Shown: positions 18,427 through 28,080, counted from the first letter of the stretch. The stretch is 64,000 nucleotides of DNA from Oceanispirochaeta sp. (GCA_963666275.2 CAXXOA010000002.1:1984001-2048000), one strand, 5' to 3'. Notes: generated from the letters alone by a model not told the origin. Program-made: numbers and translations.

Positions 18427-19887
18427 TCAAGACTTGTCGATCAGATCGTTGAACTCAGTGATCAGATTATCAATCTGTCCGGCTTCTTCCAGGGTTCCGT
18501 ACCAGTAGTTGTCATGGTCGTACCACTGGGCATTCAGCTCTTCCAGTTCCCGTCCCTGCTGTTCGATCCAGGTAAAGTATTTCAGGTTGTGTACGGCTTT
18601 TCTGTCGTAGTAGCTGAGCTCTTTGGTGTGATCGTAGGTCTGTCCCATAAGGAGTTCCATATCCCTCTCGGCTTTCGCAGCGGTGTAAGGACCTCTTTCG
18701 GCAGACAGTTCCTGTACACGGGATCCGTACAGTTCCATAGAGTCGGTGGCAATGGTAACCACGTAGTCTTTTTCGGTCAGCTCGTTGTACTTGGCGAACT
18801 TGATGGCTCCCAGCACATTGGCGATTCCGGAAATTCCGAGAAGGTCCAGTTTGTTCACAAGTTCCGAATCCACACCGGATTCTTTCAGCAGAGCCCGGCC
18901 GTTCTCTTCATTGAAGAGTCTCAGCAGTCTCATGGGATGTTCGTCGTCAATGGCGCTGATAAAGTCTGTATCCTTGCAGTCATGTACCCAGGGCACGTGT
19001 TTATCGCCGATTCCCTCGATTCTGTGTCCGCCGTATCCGTTCATAAGAAGGGTGGGGCACTGCAGGGCTTCGGCCGCTGTAATTTTCATTTTGGGGAAGC
19101 GTTTTTTCAGGTAGTAACCTGCAGCCAGAGTTCCGCCCGAACCGGAGGAGGACACATAGCCTGCCATGTTGTCGCCCTCTTTCATGTAATATCCCAGCAT
19201 CTCTTCGATGGAGGAACCGGTCACATTGTAGTGCCACAGGGGATTTCCCATTTCATCAAACTGGTTGAAGATTCTCAGATCTTCGCCGGAGTTTCTCAGC
19301 TCCCAGCACTTGTCGAAGATTTCCTTTACATTGGATTCGCAGCCCGGAGTGGCAATGACCTCTCCCGCCACAGTCTTCAGCCATTCAAATCTCTCCTGAG
19401 ACATCTCTTCCGGAAGAATAGCTATGGCATTACAGGCCAGCAGAGAGGAAATATAGGCTCCGCCCCGGCAGTAGTTTCCAGTAGAAGGCCATACGGCTTT
19501 TGTTCTCTGGGGGTCAAACTGCCCTGTGATCAGACGGGGAGCCAGACAGCCGAAGGTGGCTCCCACTTTATGAGCTCCCGTGGGGAACCACTTTCCTGTA
19601 AGAACAAGGATATTAGCCTTGACGCCTGTCAGTTCCGGGGGCAGTACAAGGTGGTTTACCCTGCCGTAGAGTCCGCCCGACTCTTTGGGTTCGTTTTTCC
19701 ATGTAATTCTGAACAGGTTCACCGGATCCAGATCCCAGAGGCCGGTCGTTTTGAGTTTTGCTTTCACCTCTTCGGGAACCAGATCGGGATTCTTCATCAT
19801 TTCGATGGTCGGAAGTTTAATGCCCTTGGATTTGCAGTAGGCGGCATTCTCTTTCTGTTTTGCACTGTTTACGCTTAGATCTATCAT
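18427..19887 (-). CDS. PLP-dependent fold-type II enzyme (cysteine synthase-like), function unassigned
   Basis: FPTGAHKVGA (PLP lysine), STGNYCRGG, NQF, GSGGT and HRIEGIG motifs. Confidence 0.85.
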   Translation of the reverse strand: MIDLSVNSAKQKENAAYCKSKGIKLPTIEMMKNPDLVPEEVKAKLKTTGLWDLDPVNLFRITWKNEPKESGGLYGRVNHLVLPPELTGVKANILVLTGKWFPTGAHKVGATFGCLAPRLITGQFDPQRTKAVWPSTGNYCRGGAYISSLLACNAIAILPEEMSQERFEWLKTVAGEVIATPGCESNVKEIFDKCWELRNSGEDLRIFNQFDEMGNPLWHYNVTGSSIEEMLGYYMKEGDNMAGYVSSSGSGGTLAAGYYLKKRFPKMKITAAEALQCPTLLMNGYGGHRIEGIGDKHVPWVHDCKDTDFISAIDDEHPMRLLRLFNEENGRALLKESGVDSELVNKLDLLGISGIANVLGAIKFAKYNELTEKDYVVTIATDSMELYGSRVQELSAERGPYTAAKAERDMELLMGQTYDHTKELSYYDRKAVHNLKYFTWIEQQGRELEELNAQWYDHDNYWYGTLEEAGQIDNLITEFNDLIDKS

Positions 19888-21071
19888 TTTTCTCCCCTTA
19901 TCTCTTCAATGGTATTTATAGTCTCTTCTGACATGGCCACACCTTTCATCGCTGTTGCCGTATCTTTCAGACCGCTGCCTGTCGCAAGGACAACAACGGT
20001 TTCATTTCTGTTTACTGTGTCTTTTATCTTTCTCATTCCCGCCCAGGCGGCAGCTCCTGCCGGTTCTGTAAAAAGTCCCGAACGGGAAGACAGGTGGACC
20101 TGGGCCTCAATGATCTCCTGATCCGAAACTGTGATCACATCCCCGTCATAGGCTTTTAGATATCTCAGGGCGGTGTATCCGTTCCGGGGGATATCCACCG
20201 AAATGGAGTCAGCCACAGTACTGCTCGGTTTATTGTCAAAGCTCCCGGTTTTCCAGGCTCTGTAGAGGGCGTCGCTGCCTTCCGCCTGAACCGCAGTGAT
20301 TCTGGGCATCCTGTCTATCAGACCGTACTGAAGCAGGTCCTTGAATCCTTTATAGACGCCTCCCAGGATGCATCCGTCTCCTGTGGGGACCAGAACCCGG
20401 TCGGGGGCTCTGTTGCCCAGTTTTCTGTAAATATCCAGAGAGACAGTCTTCTTTCCTTCCATGGTCATGGGATTCCAGGCCGTGTTCCGGTTCATGCCTC
20501 CGAACTTCTCGGAGTATTCCAGGGACAGGTCATAGGCTCTGTCGTAGTTTCCATCCACCCTGTAGATGGTGGCGCCGTATTGAAGGGCCTGGATGAGCTT
20601 TGCCTGAGGAGCCGCCTTGGGAAGGAACAGCACTATTTTCTGTCCCGCCGCCGCTCCGATCCCCGACATGGAAGATCCGGCATTCCCCGTGGAAGCCAGA
20701 ACGATGGTATCGATGCCGTGCTGTCTGGCAAAGGCGGAAACTAGAACCGATGCTCTGTCCTTGAAAGAGCTGGTGGGGTTGGATCCGTCATATATGAGGC
20801 AGAGACCCGGCAGGTCCATATCCTCTTTCAGGTTCCGGGGTGCCCATAGTTCTCCCGTAACAGGGGGGAGGGAAGGAAAAAACTCCTGTGGAACCGGAAG
20901 CATTGTCTGTGAAAGATCCCCCTCGGGGAGCTCGCCTTCCAGTTTTACTTCCAGAACCCCTCTGAGAGGTTCGTCGGGTTTCTGCTTTTCCGCGCAGGCC
21001 GGGCAGGTCGTCATATCCGGTGTGATCGGGTACTCGGCTCCGCATTCGCTGCAAAGATAATTAAACTGCAT
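19884..21071 (-). CDS. Threonine synthase-like PLP enzyme with an N-terminal Zn-ribbon
   Basis: CSEC...CPAC, NPTSSFKDR, ASTGNAG, EGKKT, VPTGDG, EPAGAAA and TGSGLKD motifs. Confidence 0.85.
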   Translation of the reverse strand: MQFNYLCSECGAEYPITPDMTTCPACAEKQKPDEPLRGVLEVKLEGELPEGDLSQTMLPVPQEFFPSLPPVTGELWAPRNLKEDMDLPGLCLIYDGSNPTSSFKDRASVLVSAFARQHGIDTIVLASTGNAGSSMSGIGAAAGQKIVLFLPKAAPQAKLIQALQYGATIYRVDGNYDRAYDLSLEYSEKFGGMNRNTAWNPMTMEGKKTVSLDIYRKLGNRAPDRVLVPTGDGCILGGVYKGFKDLLQYGLIDRMPRITAVQAEGSDALYRAWKTGSFDNKPSSTVADSISVDIPRNGYTALRYLKAYDGDVITVSDQEIIEAQVHLSSRSGLFTEPAGAAAWAGMRKIKDTVNRNETVVVLATGSGLKDTATAMKGVAMSEETINTIEEIRGEK

Positions 21072-21192
21072 AAATCTTCCTTATTCTGAACTGACTGATT
21101 GATCAGTTGAAATTTTTTCTCCTTCTGTTTCTCATATATTGTAACAGGTTCCTGAAGGATGAAAAGCTTTATTACTGAATTTTTTGTAAAAA

Positions 21193-21209
21193 TTACAATT
21201 TTATTGTAA
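21193..21209. promoter_or_regulatory. Inverted repeat upstream of the purine-degradation operon, candidate operator
   Basis: TTACAAT-TTT-ATTGTAA. Confidence 0.4.
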
Positions 21210-21295
21210 GTGAGGGGGATTCCTTCTGTCGGACTTACCAATTTGTAGCTTTTTTCTCCTTTACAACTCGCAGGATATGGGGGAATAATAGGGCA

Positions 21296-21366
21296 GGCGC
21301 CTCCCTGTTTTGTGTTCTCTCTTTACAGCGGTTGTTAACCGGTGTAGGGACGGGGGCGCTTTTTTC
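21296..21366 (+). ncRNA. Candidate ~70-nt structured small RNA or attenuator
   Basis: Two stacked stems whose G-U pairs favour the + strand, a U-rich internal loop and a U-run end. Possible promoter TTTACA-18-AATAAT just upstream. Confidence 0.35.
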
Positions 21367-21468
21367 ATACTTGATGAACCTGTTTAAAAAAAGATAGTAT
21401 AAGATCAATGTGAAATTCTGATGAATTTCCTAAGACTCAGCCTCTGCAGCAGGAATACATAGAATCCC

Positions 21469-22620
21469 ATGTTAATACGTTACGGAAAGAATGAAAAAGG
21501 CCGTCTTATAAAGAAGGCAAAAGTATATACCCTGAAAGAACACGGCATCAGCCGGTCAAAAATAGATCCCGATGCCCTTAAAGTGACAGAGCGGCTCAGA
21601 AGCGCAGGCTATCAGGCCTACGTTGTCGGTGGAGCCGTAAGGGATCTTCTGATTGACAAGGAACCCAAGGATTATGATATCGCTACCGATGCCTATCCCT
21701 CCAGGGTCAGGAAGATATTCCGCAATTCCCGCATTATCGGAAAGAGGTTTCGGCTGGTTCATGTCTATTTCCCCGGAGAAAAGATCCTGGAAGTAGCCAC
21801 ATTCCGGTCTCTGGACGGAAAAGACGGGGAAAATGTCTACGGTTCCATTGATGAAGATGCCCGGCGCAGAGATTTTACTCTGAATGCCCTTTACTATTCC
21901 CCCCGGGAGGAACAGATCATCGATTATCATGACGGGGTCCGGGATATCAGGAAAAACAGGCTGAAAAGCGTCATTCCCCTGGATACTACCTTTGTCGAAG
22001 ATCCCGTGCGGATGCTGAGGGCTGTAAAGTACTCTGTTATCACCAATGCAAAAATTCCCCACTCACTGAAAAAGGCGATCAGAAAGCATGCGCCTCTTCT
22101 GAAAGAGGTTTCCGTTTCAAGGATGACCGAAGAGATCTTCAAGATTCTCCAGTCCACCTATGCCTCCCGGATTTTTCAGCGTTCCCTTGATCTGAATATT
22201 TTTGAACATCTTCTTCCCCAGATATACGGGACAATGCATAAGCCGGGTTCCGGGAAAGCTTTTACAAAAGAGTTTTTCCGGGATATGGACAGGCTTGATA
22301 AATATACCAGAAGGGAAGGGGACGGTAAAACGAGAAGCCGCATGCTTCAGTACCTGACCCAGGCATGGCTGGAACAGGCGGGAGCTCTGTCTCAGGGGGA
22401 TGAAAGTGTTTTTCTCGATGTGGTGGGTGAGCTGAAAAACTGCCTGAAACCCATGATTGCTCCCAACAGGGAAGTCTATGATGCGGTAAAGCACATGTTC
22501 AAAAAGAATAAATGGAAGATTCCCCGCCGCCGTCCGCCCTACCGGACCTCTTCACGGAAGGGCAAGAAGAAAGGCCCGGCCAAAGGGCGTTCCAAGACCA
22601 GCGAAACCGTTCAGACCTGA
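21469..22620 (+). CDS. pcnB: Poly(A) polymerase I
   Basis: VGGAVRD, PKDYD, the PAP signature IIGKRFRLVHV, RRDFT.NAL and EDPVRMLRA. Confidence 0.9.
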   Translation: MLIRYGKNEKGRLIKKAKVYTLKEHGISRSKIDPDALKVTERLRSAGYQAYVVGGAVRDLLIDKEPKDYDIATDAYPSRVRKIFRNSRIIGKRFRLVHVYFPGEKILEVATFRSLDGKDGENVYGSIDEDARRRDFTLNALYYSPREEQIIDYHDGVRDIRKNRLKSVIPLDTTFVEDPVRMLRAVKYSVITNAKIPHSLKKAIRKHAPLLKEVSVSRMTEEIFKILQSTYASRIFQRSLDLNIFEHLLPQIYGTMHKPGSGKAFTKEFFRDMDRLDKYTRREGDGKTRSRMLQYLTQAWLEQAGALSQGDESVFLDVVGELKNCLKPMIAPNREVYDAVKHMFKKNKWKIPRRRPPYRTSSRKGKKKGPAKGRSKTSETVQT

Positions 22621-23553
22621 TCAGTCGGGAAAGTCCTCTTCTGTAAGAGGCTTTCTCCTTCGGGAGATCCTGGCAATCTCGATATCCACCTCTTCAATTA
22701 TAATGCCCGTGAACCTCTCTATCTTATCCAGTACATAGGCCTGAAGTTCATGGAGTTTGCTTCCCAGCTGATTGCCGTAACCCGCATCAATGCTGATTCT
22801 GATCCTGTAACCTCTCCGGTCCTTCTTGACGGAAATCTTCATTACCTTGATTTCACTGTCATATTCATCGATACAGTGGAGGATCATCTGGGAGAGGGCG
22901 GCTTCTGAAATTTTTATGGTTCCTCTCTGTTTCTGATCTGCAAACCGGGGAGTCACAACAGCCTTTTCAAAAATCCTGGTCTCCTTTTTAAAGCCGAAAC
23001 TCTTTCTGAAAAGGATCTTTATCGAGTCTGAAAGGATATGGGAATAGTCCTGTTTTACCTCTATGGAAGGGACGGGGATCACATGCTTTCCCTCTGTGTA
23101 GCGGGAGTGGATGGCTTTGTCGATCTCCTCCCGGCTGGCAATTTCCTCTATCCGGATAAACCGGGTGACCGGAGGCAGTCCCAGCCTTTCTGTCATTTTC
23201 TGGACCATTTTATCGGAAGTCCCTATGAGGAGGATCTTTTTTAAACGGGATTTTCTTATGGCTTCCCGCACATCCAGTCTATGCTGAGGATCATCGAACA
23301 GAGCTGTTTTGATGGCTCCCATATAGAGTTTCTCTTTTTTGGCAGACTTTCCGGCCACAATCTTGTTGTCATGGATCAGAAGGCCGTCGTCAATGATAAA
23401 GGGAATATTGTACTTTTCCGCTACCAGTCTGGCCCGGAAACTCTTTCCGGTTCCGCTTTTTCCAATCAGCGCATAGACTTTTATCCCCAGAAGAGTGCCT
23501 TTCAGGGAAGAGTAGAGTTTGTTGATTCTGCCGGCAGGAATTTTATCACTCAT
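22621..23553 (-). CDS. P-loop domain fused to an Asp23/Gls24-like C-terminal domain
   Basis: Probable start MSDKIP at 23553. GKSGTGKS, IIDDGLLI, AGKSAKKE, GKHVIPVP, and C-terminal G.IKISE...IERFTG..EEVDIEI. Confidence 0.75.
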   Translation of the reverse strand: MSDKIPAGRINKLYSSLKGTLLGIKVYALIGKSGTGKSFRARLVAEKYNIPFIIDDGLLIHDNKIVAGKSAKKEKLYMGAIKTALFDDPQHRLDVREAIRKSRLKKILLIGTSDKMVQKMTERLGLPPVTRFIRIEEIASREEIDKAIHSRYTEGKHVIPVPSIEVKQDYSHILSDSIKILFRKSFGFKKETRIFEKAVVTPRFADQKQRGTIKISEAALSQMILHCIDEYDSEIKVMKISVKKDRRGYRIRISIDAGYGNQLGSKLHELQAYVLDKIERFTGIIIEEVDIEIARISRRRKPLTEEDFPD

Positions 23554-23685
23554 ATAGGTTAAAATATAAACAATCCTTGTGGGATGGTACAGTATTTTTA
23601 TAAGTTTCAATTCTTGACAAATGCACCCTATAAACGGAGAATTACCGAGATGTTTCATACCCCTGTCCCGCGAGATCAAATTTAA

Positions 23686-25182
23686 ATGAACAGAATACGG
23701 AAAGTTATTCCTGTTTTAACCTCTTTTTTCACCGCTCTTGTCCTTCTCTGGATATTCCTGTCCCAGGACTTTTCAGGAGCCTACTGGTCCCGCTGGTACC
23801 CTCTTCTCATTCCGTCAGATCAGGTCACATCTTCTCTTGTGGAACAGCTGAAAGAAGTGAACGGCCGGCTTGTCTACGGGAGTGATCTGCTATATAGATA
23901 CAGCGGCCTGGGAGGAGAGGATTCCTCACGGGGCGGTCAGCTCGAATCCGGTCAGGCTCTGCTGGACAATGATCCCCGGTTCGACCCCTTTCTGAAAAAA
24001 GCAAATCGTTATTTTAAAGATGACTTATATGATTTTTTCTATTTACCAGCCGACAGATCTTCGTTAAAATATAAAAACGGCCTGAGAGACATATGGCAAG
24101 ATAACTGGATATTACCCGATTTCTCATGGGATAAACCTGTTCTTCTCCTGGCGGCAGTTTTAACTTTATTTCTGCTGATCAGAGCAGGGAGGCAGTTTGT
24201 TCCTGTCCTTCTGATGACTGCTTTAATAGCGGGAAACCTCTATCTGGGAGACTCCCGTTTCCTGATGCCGGGGGTTTTGATCCTTTTTTTACTCAGCCAG
24301 TACAGAAAGCCGGCAAAATACCGCATTTTTCTGACAATTCTGATACCCCTGGGAGGAATGCTTTTTCTCCTGAACGGTACGGTTAGTCTGAAAAATGCGG
24401 CTGCTGTTATGCTTATATATATCTCAGGGATGGCAATTCCCCTTTCTCACACATCTGAGAGAAAGAAACAAAGGCCTGAAAGGGTCCGGAAGGGGAGAAG
24501 CCGGGACCATGAACTTTTTCTTCCTGTTTCTCTGACCGGACGGACCATGCCGGCGGTGCGGGAAGTCTCCCACAGGGATCGTCGGGGGCTGATCCTTACT
24601 GCTCTCCAGGCTGGGATGGCGATTGTGCTGTTTCTTCTGGTTCTGACGGCAGAAAGGCATTTTCCCGTCTCCTTTCCTGCCGCCTCCACCGAGGCGGAAA
24701 GCCCCTGGACTTATGAAAGTCTGGACGGGGCCGAAGGGAACGGCGCGCTTCCGGGGGTAAAGGATATGCTGATTCACCGGGCATATCAGGAGTCATTCTC
24801 CTACGGAGGAACATGGATGATGCCCCAGAGGGGCTCTACGGTGAACCTTGAACGTTTTTCTCTGAAAGAGGGGAAAATCGTCTCAACAGTCAAACCGGTA
24901 CTTGTTTTTGATCAGGCCTGGTTTGACAGGTTTTTTGAAGAGATGGCTCAGGAAGGGCCGGGTGTGCTTCTCGGAAGCGAACCCTATCTGCCTGACATAT
25001 CTTATACAAACCGGATCGCCCGGGCTCCCCTGAAAGGGGATCTTGTGCTTTCAGGTTTACTGTTATTTTTGGGAATACTACTGAGTCTTTTGAACTGGGC
25101 GGCTTCACCCGTATCCGGTTCGGAGGATTTCAGGATGAGGAATCATTTACTACTCTTAAGGAGGAAGCAACAGGCAGCATGA
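23686..25182 (+). CDS. Multi-pass membrane protein of unknown function, translationally coupled to rnfC
   Basis: Several hydrophobic segments; ATGA overlap with rnfC at 25179-25182. Confidence 0.75.
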   Translation: MNRIRKVIPVLTSFFTALVLLWIFLSQDFSGAYWSRWYPLLIPSDQVTSSLVEQLKEVNGRLVYGSDLLYRYSGLGGEDSSRGGQLESGQALLDNDPRFDPFLKKANRYFKDDLYDFFYLPADRSSLKYKNGLRDIWQDNWILPDFSWDKPVLLLAAVLTLFLLIRAGRQFVPVLLMTALIAGNLYLGDSRFLMPGVLILFLLSQYRKPAKYRIFLTILIPLGGMLFLLNGTVSLKNAAAVMLIYISGMAIPLSHTSERKKQRPERVRKGRSRDHELFLPVSLTGRTMPAVREVSHRDRRGLILTALQAGMAIVLFLLVLTAERHFPVSFPAASTEAESPWTYESLDGAEGNGALPGVKDMLIHRAYQESFSYGGTWMMPQRGSTVNLERFSLKEGKIVSTVKPVLVFDQAWFDRFFEEMAQEGPGVLLGSEPYLPDISYTNRIARAPLKGDLVLSGLLLFLGILLSLLNWAASPVSGSEDFRMRNHLLLLRRKQQAA

Positions 25183-26519
25183 AGCGTTTTAATACTTTCC
25201 CTAAAGGGGGAATACACCCCCGGGACTGTAAGGAAGCAACCTGCGAAAAGGCCATACAGAATGCCAGTATGTCCAGTACCGCAGTCATTCCGCTCTCTCA
25301 GCATATCGGTGCACCAGCCGAATGTCTTGTGAAGAAGGGAGATACAGTCGAAGAGGGCCAGCTCATTGGGCAGTCCGGCGGATTTGTTTCCGCGAATATT
25401 CACTCCCCCGTACCGGGTGAAGTGAAGGAAATCAAGAATATTTTTCTTCCAAACGGCATCTCCACTCCTGCAGTGGTTATCGAAATGCAGGGAGAGTTCT
25501 CCCGGCTCGGTAAAGAAGTACCCCGCAACAGCTGGGAAGAGAAAAGCATAGAGGAACTCACAGCGAAAATTTCCGAGATGGGAATTGTCGGACAGGGGGG
25601 AGCCACCTTCCCCACACATGTGAAACTGTCTGTTCCCAAAGGAAAAACCTGCGAAGTTTTTATCATCAATGCGGTTGAGTGCGAACCCTACCTGACCTCG
25701 GACCACAGGGTCATGCTTGAAAAGGGCAAAGAAGTTCTGGAAGGCATCAGAATTATGCAGAAAATACTGCAGCCCCGGCGGACGGTTATCGGTATCGAAT
25801 CCAATAAGATGGATGCGGTTGAGCACCTCACCTCTCTGATCAGCCAGGCCGGTTTTGAGATGGAAGTCATGCCTCTTGCGGTGAAATATCCCCAGGGAGC
25901 TGAAAAAAATCTGATTAAGGCCGTTACAGGCAGAGAAGTCCCCTCGGGCAAGCTTCCCCTGGAAGTGGGCGTGATCAATGCCAACGTGGGAACCTGTCTT
26001 TCCGTTTATGAAGCGGTCGTAGAGGACAAGCCTGTTATTGAGCGTGTTGTTACCGTTTCCGGCGGAGCCATCAAGGATCCAGGCAACCTGAAAGCCCGAA
26101 TCGGAACTTCCTTCAGGACTCTTATAGAGGACTGCGGCGGGTTCTCCGAGGAGCCTGTAAAGATTATTGCCGGCGGACCCATGATGGGATTCACGGTTTA
26201 TGATCTGGATACTCCTGTTATCAAAGGTACCAGCGGGATCCTGGCTCTTACAGCAAAAGAGATCAAAGCTTCGGCTCAGACTGCCTGTCTTTCCTGCGGA
26301 CGCTGTATCACCTCCTGTCCCATGGGCCTGAATCCAACAAAGATATTCAAATTTATTGATAACAATATGAACGATGAATCAGCCGAAGCCGGTTTGATGG
26401 ACTGCGTGGAGTGCGGATCCTGTGCTTTCATGTGTCCCGCTCATATCCCTCTGGTTCAGGGATTCCGTAAAGGGAAGAAAATCCTCAGGAAACAATCCAT
26501 GAAGAAGGCGGGAAAATGA
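25179..26519 (+). CDS. rnfC: Rnf complex subunit C
   Basis: GGIHP, QHIGAP, GIVGQGGATFPTHVK, ECEPYLTSD, YPQGAEK, GGPMMG and two CxxCxxCxxxCP motifs. Confidence 0.96.
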   Translation: MKRFNTFPKGGIHPRDCKEATCEKAIQNASMSSTAVIPLSQHIGAPAECLVKKGDTVEEGQLIGQSGGFVSANIHSPVPGEVKEIKNIFLPNGISTPAVVIEMQGEFSRLGKEVPRNSWEEKSIEELTAKISEMGIVGQGGATFPTHVKLSVPKGKTCEVFIINAVECEPYLTSDHRVMLEKGKEVLEGIRIMQKILQPRRTVIGIESNKMDAVEHLTSLISQAGFEMEVMPLAVKYPQGAEKNLIKAVTGREVPSGKLPLEVGVINANVGTCLSVYEAVVEDKPVIERVVTVSGGAIKDPGNLKARIGTSFRTLIEDCGGFSEEPVKIIAGGPMMGFTVYDLDTPVIKGTSGILALTAKEIKASAQTACLSCGRCITSCPMGLNPTKIFKFIDNNMNDESAEAGLMDCVECGSCAFMCPAHIPLVQGFRKGKKILRKQSMKKAGK

Positions 26520-27544
26520 AAAATAATCTGAAAATTACAAGTTCACCCCAGTTTCATCATCCCCAGTCTACCTCCAGTATTATGTGGACCGTTTCTCTGT
26601 GTCTGCTCCCGGCAGGTATCTGGGGCGTGTATGTTTTCGGTCTCAGAGCCCTTATCGTGACTCTGGCAGCTGTCATCGCCTCTGTGGGAACAGAAGCTCT
26701 GATGGGCAGGATCAACGGAAAGCAGACGACCTTTGACGGCAGCGCTTTCCTGACAGGACTGCTGATCGGGTACAATATGCCTCCGGCAGTTCCCGTGTAT
26801 GTGGTTGTTGTGGCATCGGTTTTTGCGATTGCCGTTGTGAAATGGACCTTTGGCGGTCTGGGCGGCAACTGGATGAATCCTGCACTGGCAGGACGTGTCT
26901 TTGTTTTCTTCTCCTGGACAAAGGGTATGACAACATGGACCCTTCCCATGACCCACGGGGCTGATGCCGTTACCGGACCCACCCCTCTGGGATCAATCAA
27001 GACAGGACTGATGGCTATCAGCGATTCCATCCATGGACCTCTTGATCTGCTGGCGGCAGAGGGCGTTCCTGTTTCCTATATGGATCTGTTTCTGGGACGT
27101 ATTCCCGGAAGTATCGGAGAAGTTTCCGCTCTCCTGCTTATCCTGGGAGCCCTGTTCCTTATCGTCAAGAAAATAGTCAACTGGGAAATCGTTGTTTCCT
27201 ATATCGGAAGTTTTGCTCTTCTGGTCTGGCTGTTCGGAGGATTCCGCTACGGAACCGGACTTTTTACAGGAGATGTCCTTTTTCATCTGCTTTCCGGCGG
27301 ACTGATGCTGGGAGCCCTGTTCATGGCTACCGATATGGTCACGTCTCCTCTGACTGTGAAAGGGATGATCATCTACGGTCTGGGTTGCGGTTTCATGACC
27401 TATCTTCTCAGATTCTTCGGGTCTGTTCCCGAAGGTGTTTCCCTGGCGATCATTTTTATGAATATTTTTGTTCCCCTTATCAATCGGGCCTTTCAGCCGG
27501 AGAAATTCGGTGTTGTACCCGCTGAAGAGGAGGCTCAGAAATGA
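26516..27544 (+). CDS. rnfD: Rnf complex subunit D
   Basis: FGGLGGNWMNPALAGR, FMN-Thr site TGPTPL, GSIGEVSA and FMATD.VTSP. Confidence 0.95.
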   Translation: MKNNLKITSSPQFHHPQSTSSIMWTVSLCLLPAGIWGVYVFGLRALIVTLAAVIASVGTEALMGRINGKQTTFDGSAFLTGLLIGYNMPPAVPVYVVVVASVFAIAVVKWTFGGLGGNWMNPALAGRVFVFFSWTKGMTTWTLPMTHGADAVTGPTPLGSIKTGLMAISDSIHGPLDLLAAEGVPVSYMDLFLGRIPGSIGEVSALLLILGALFLIVKKIVNWEIVVSYIGSFALLVWLFGGFRYGTGLFTGDVLFHLLSGGLMLGALFMATDMVTSPLTVKGMIIYGLGCGFMTYLLRFFGSVPEGVSLAIIFMNIFVPLINRAFQPEKFGVVPAEEEAQK

Positions 27545-28080
27545 CATATACCATGGAAAAGGCCGGTAAACTGGCCCTTATCTGCGCACTTTCCGCCCTT
27601 CTGCTGGGTATTATCAACAGCCTGACCGAACCGGTTATTGCCGAACGGAAAAGGATAGAACTGCAGAATGCTCTCATTTCCCTTATTGAAGAGGGAGCTC
27701 CCGGAGAGGTGGAAGCCATTGGCGAAGGAAGCATTAACTCCCGATATCCCATTGTAGGACCCGGCGGCTGGATACTGGATATGACCGGTAAAGGCTACGG
27801 GGGAGACATGAAGATCCTGGCGTCTTTCAAAGAAGACGGTACCATTATGGATATTGTTCTGATGGATAATGCCGAAACTCCCGGTCTGGGAAAAAAAGCT
27901 GAAAAATCGGAATATATGGACAAATACCGGAGCACCGGAGGGGATTCTCCTGTTCCTGTCACCAAGAATATGCTGGGTGCCGGGGCTGACGCTGTAAGCG
28001 GTGCAACCATTACTTTTGCCGGTATAGGACGGGCTCTTGCCGAAGGGGCCGATTATGTCAAATCACTGGGAGATAATTAA
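27541..28080 (+). CDS. rnfG: Rnf complex subunit G
   Basis: GYGG, ETPGLG and DAVSGATIT (FMN-Thr). Confidence 0.93.
   Translation: MTYTMEKAGKLALICALSALLLGIINSLTEPVIAERKRIELQNALISLIEEGAPGEVEAIGEGSINSRYPIVGPGGWILDMTGKGYGGDMKILASFKEDGTIMDIVLMDNAETPGLGKKAEKSEYMDKYRSTGGDSPVPVTKNMLGAGADAVSGATITFAGIGRALAEGADYVKSLGDN

Noticed and set aside
18058..19878. 606-aa + strand ORF, and similar ones at 1293-2507, 12778-13641 and 16215-17186
   Set aside because: They fully overlap well-supported minus-strand genes in antisense.
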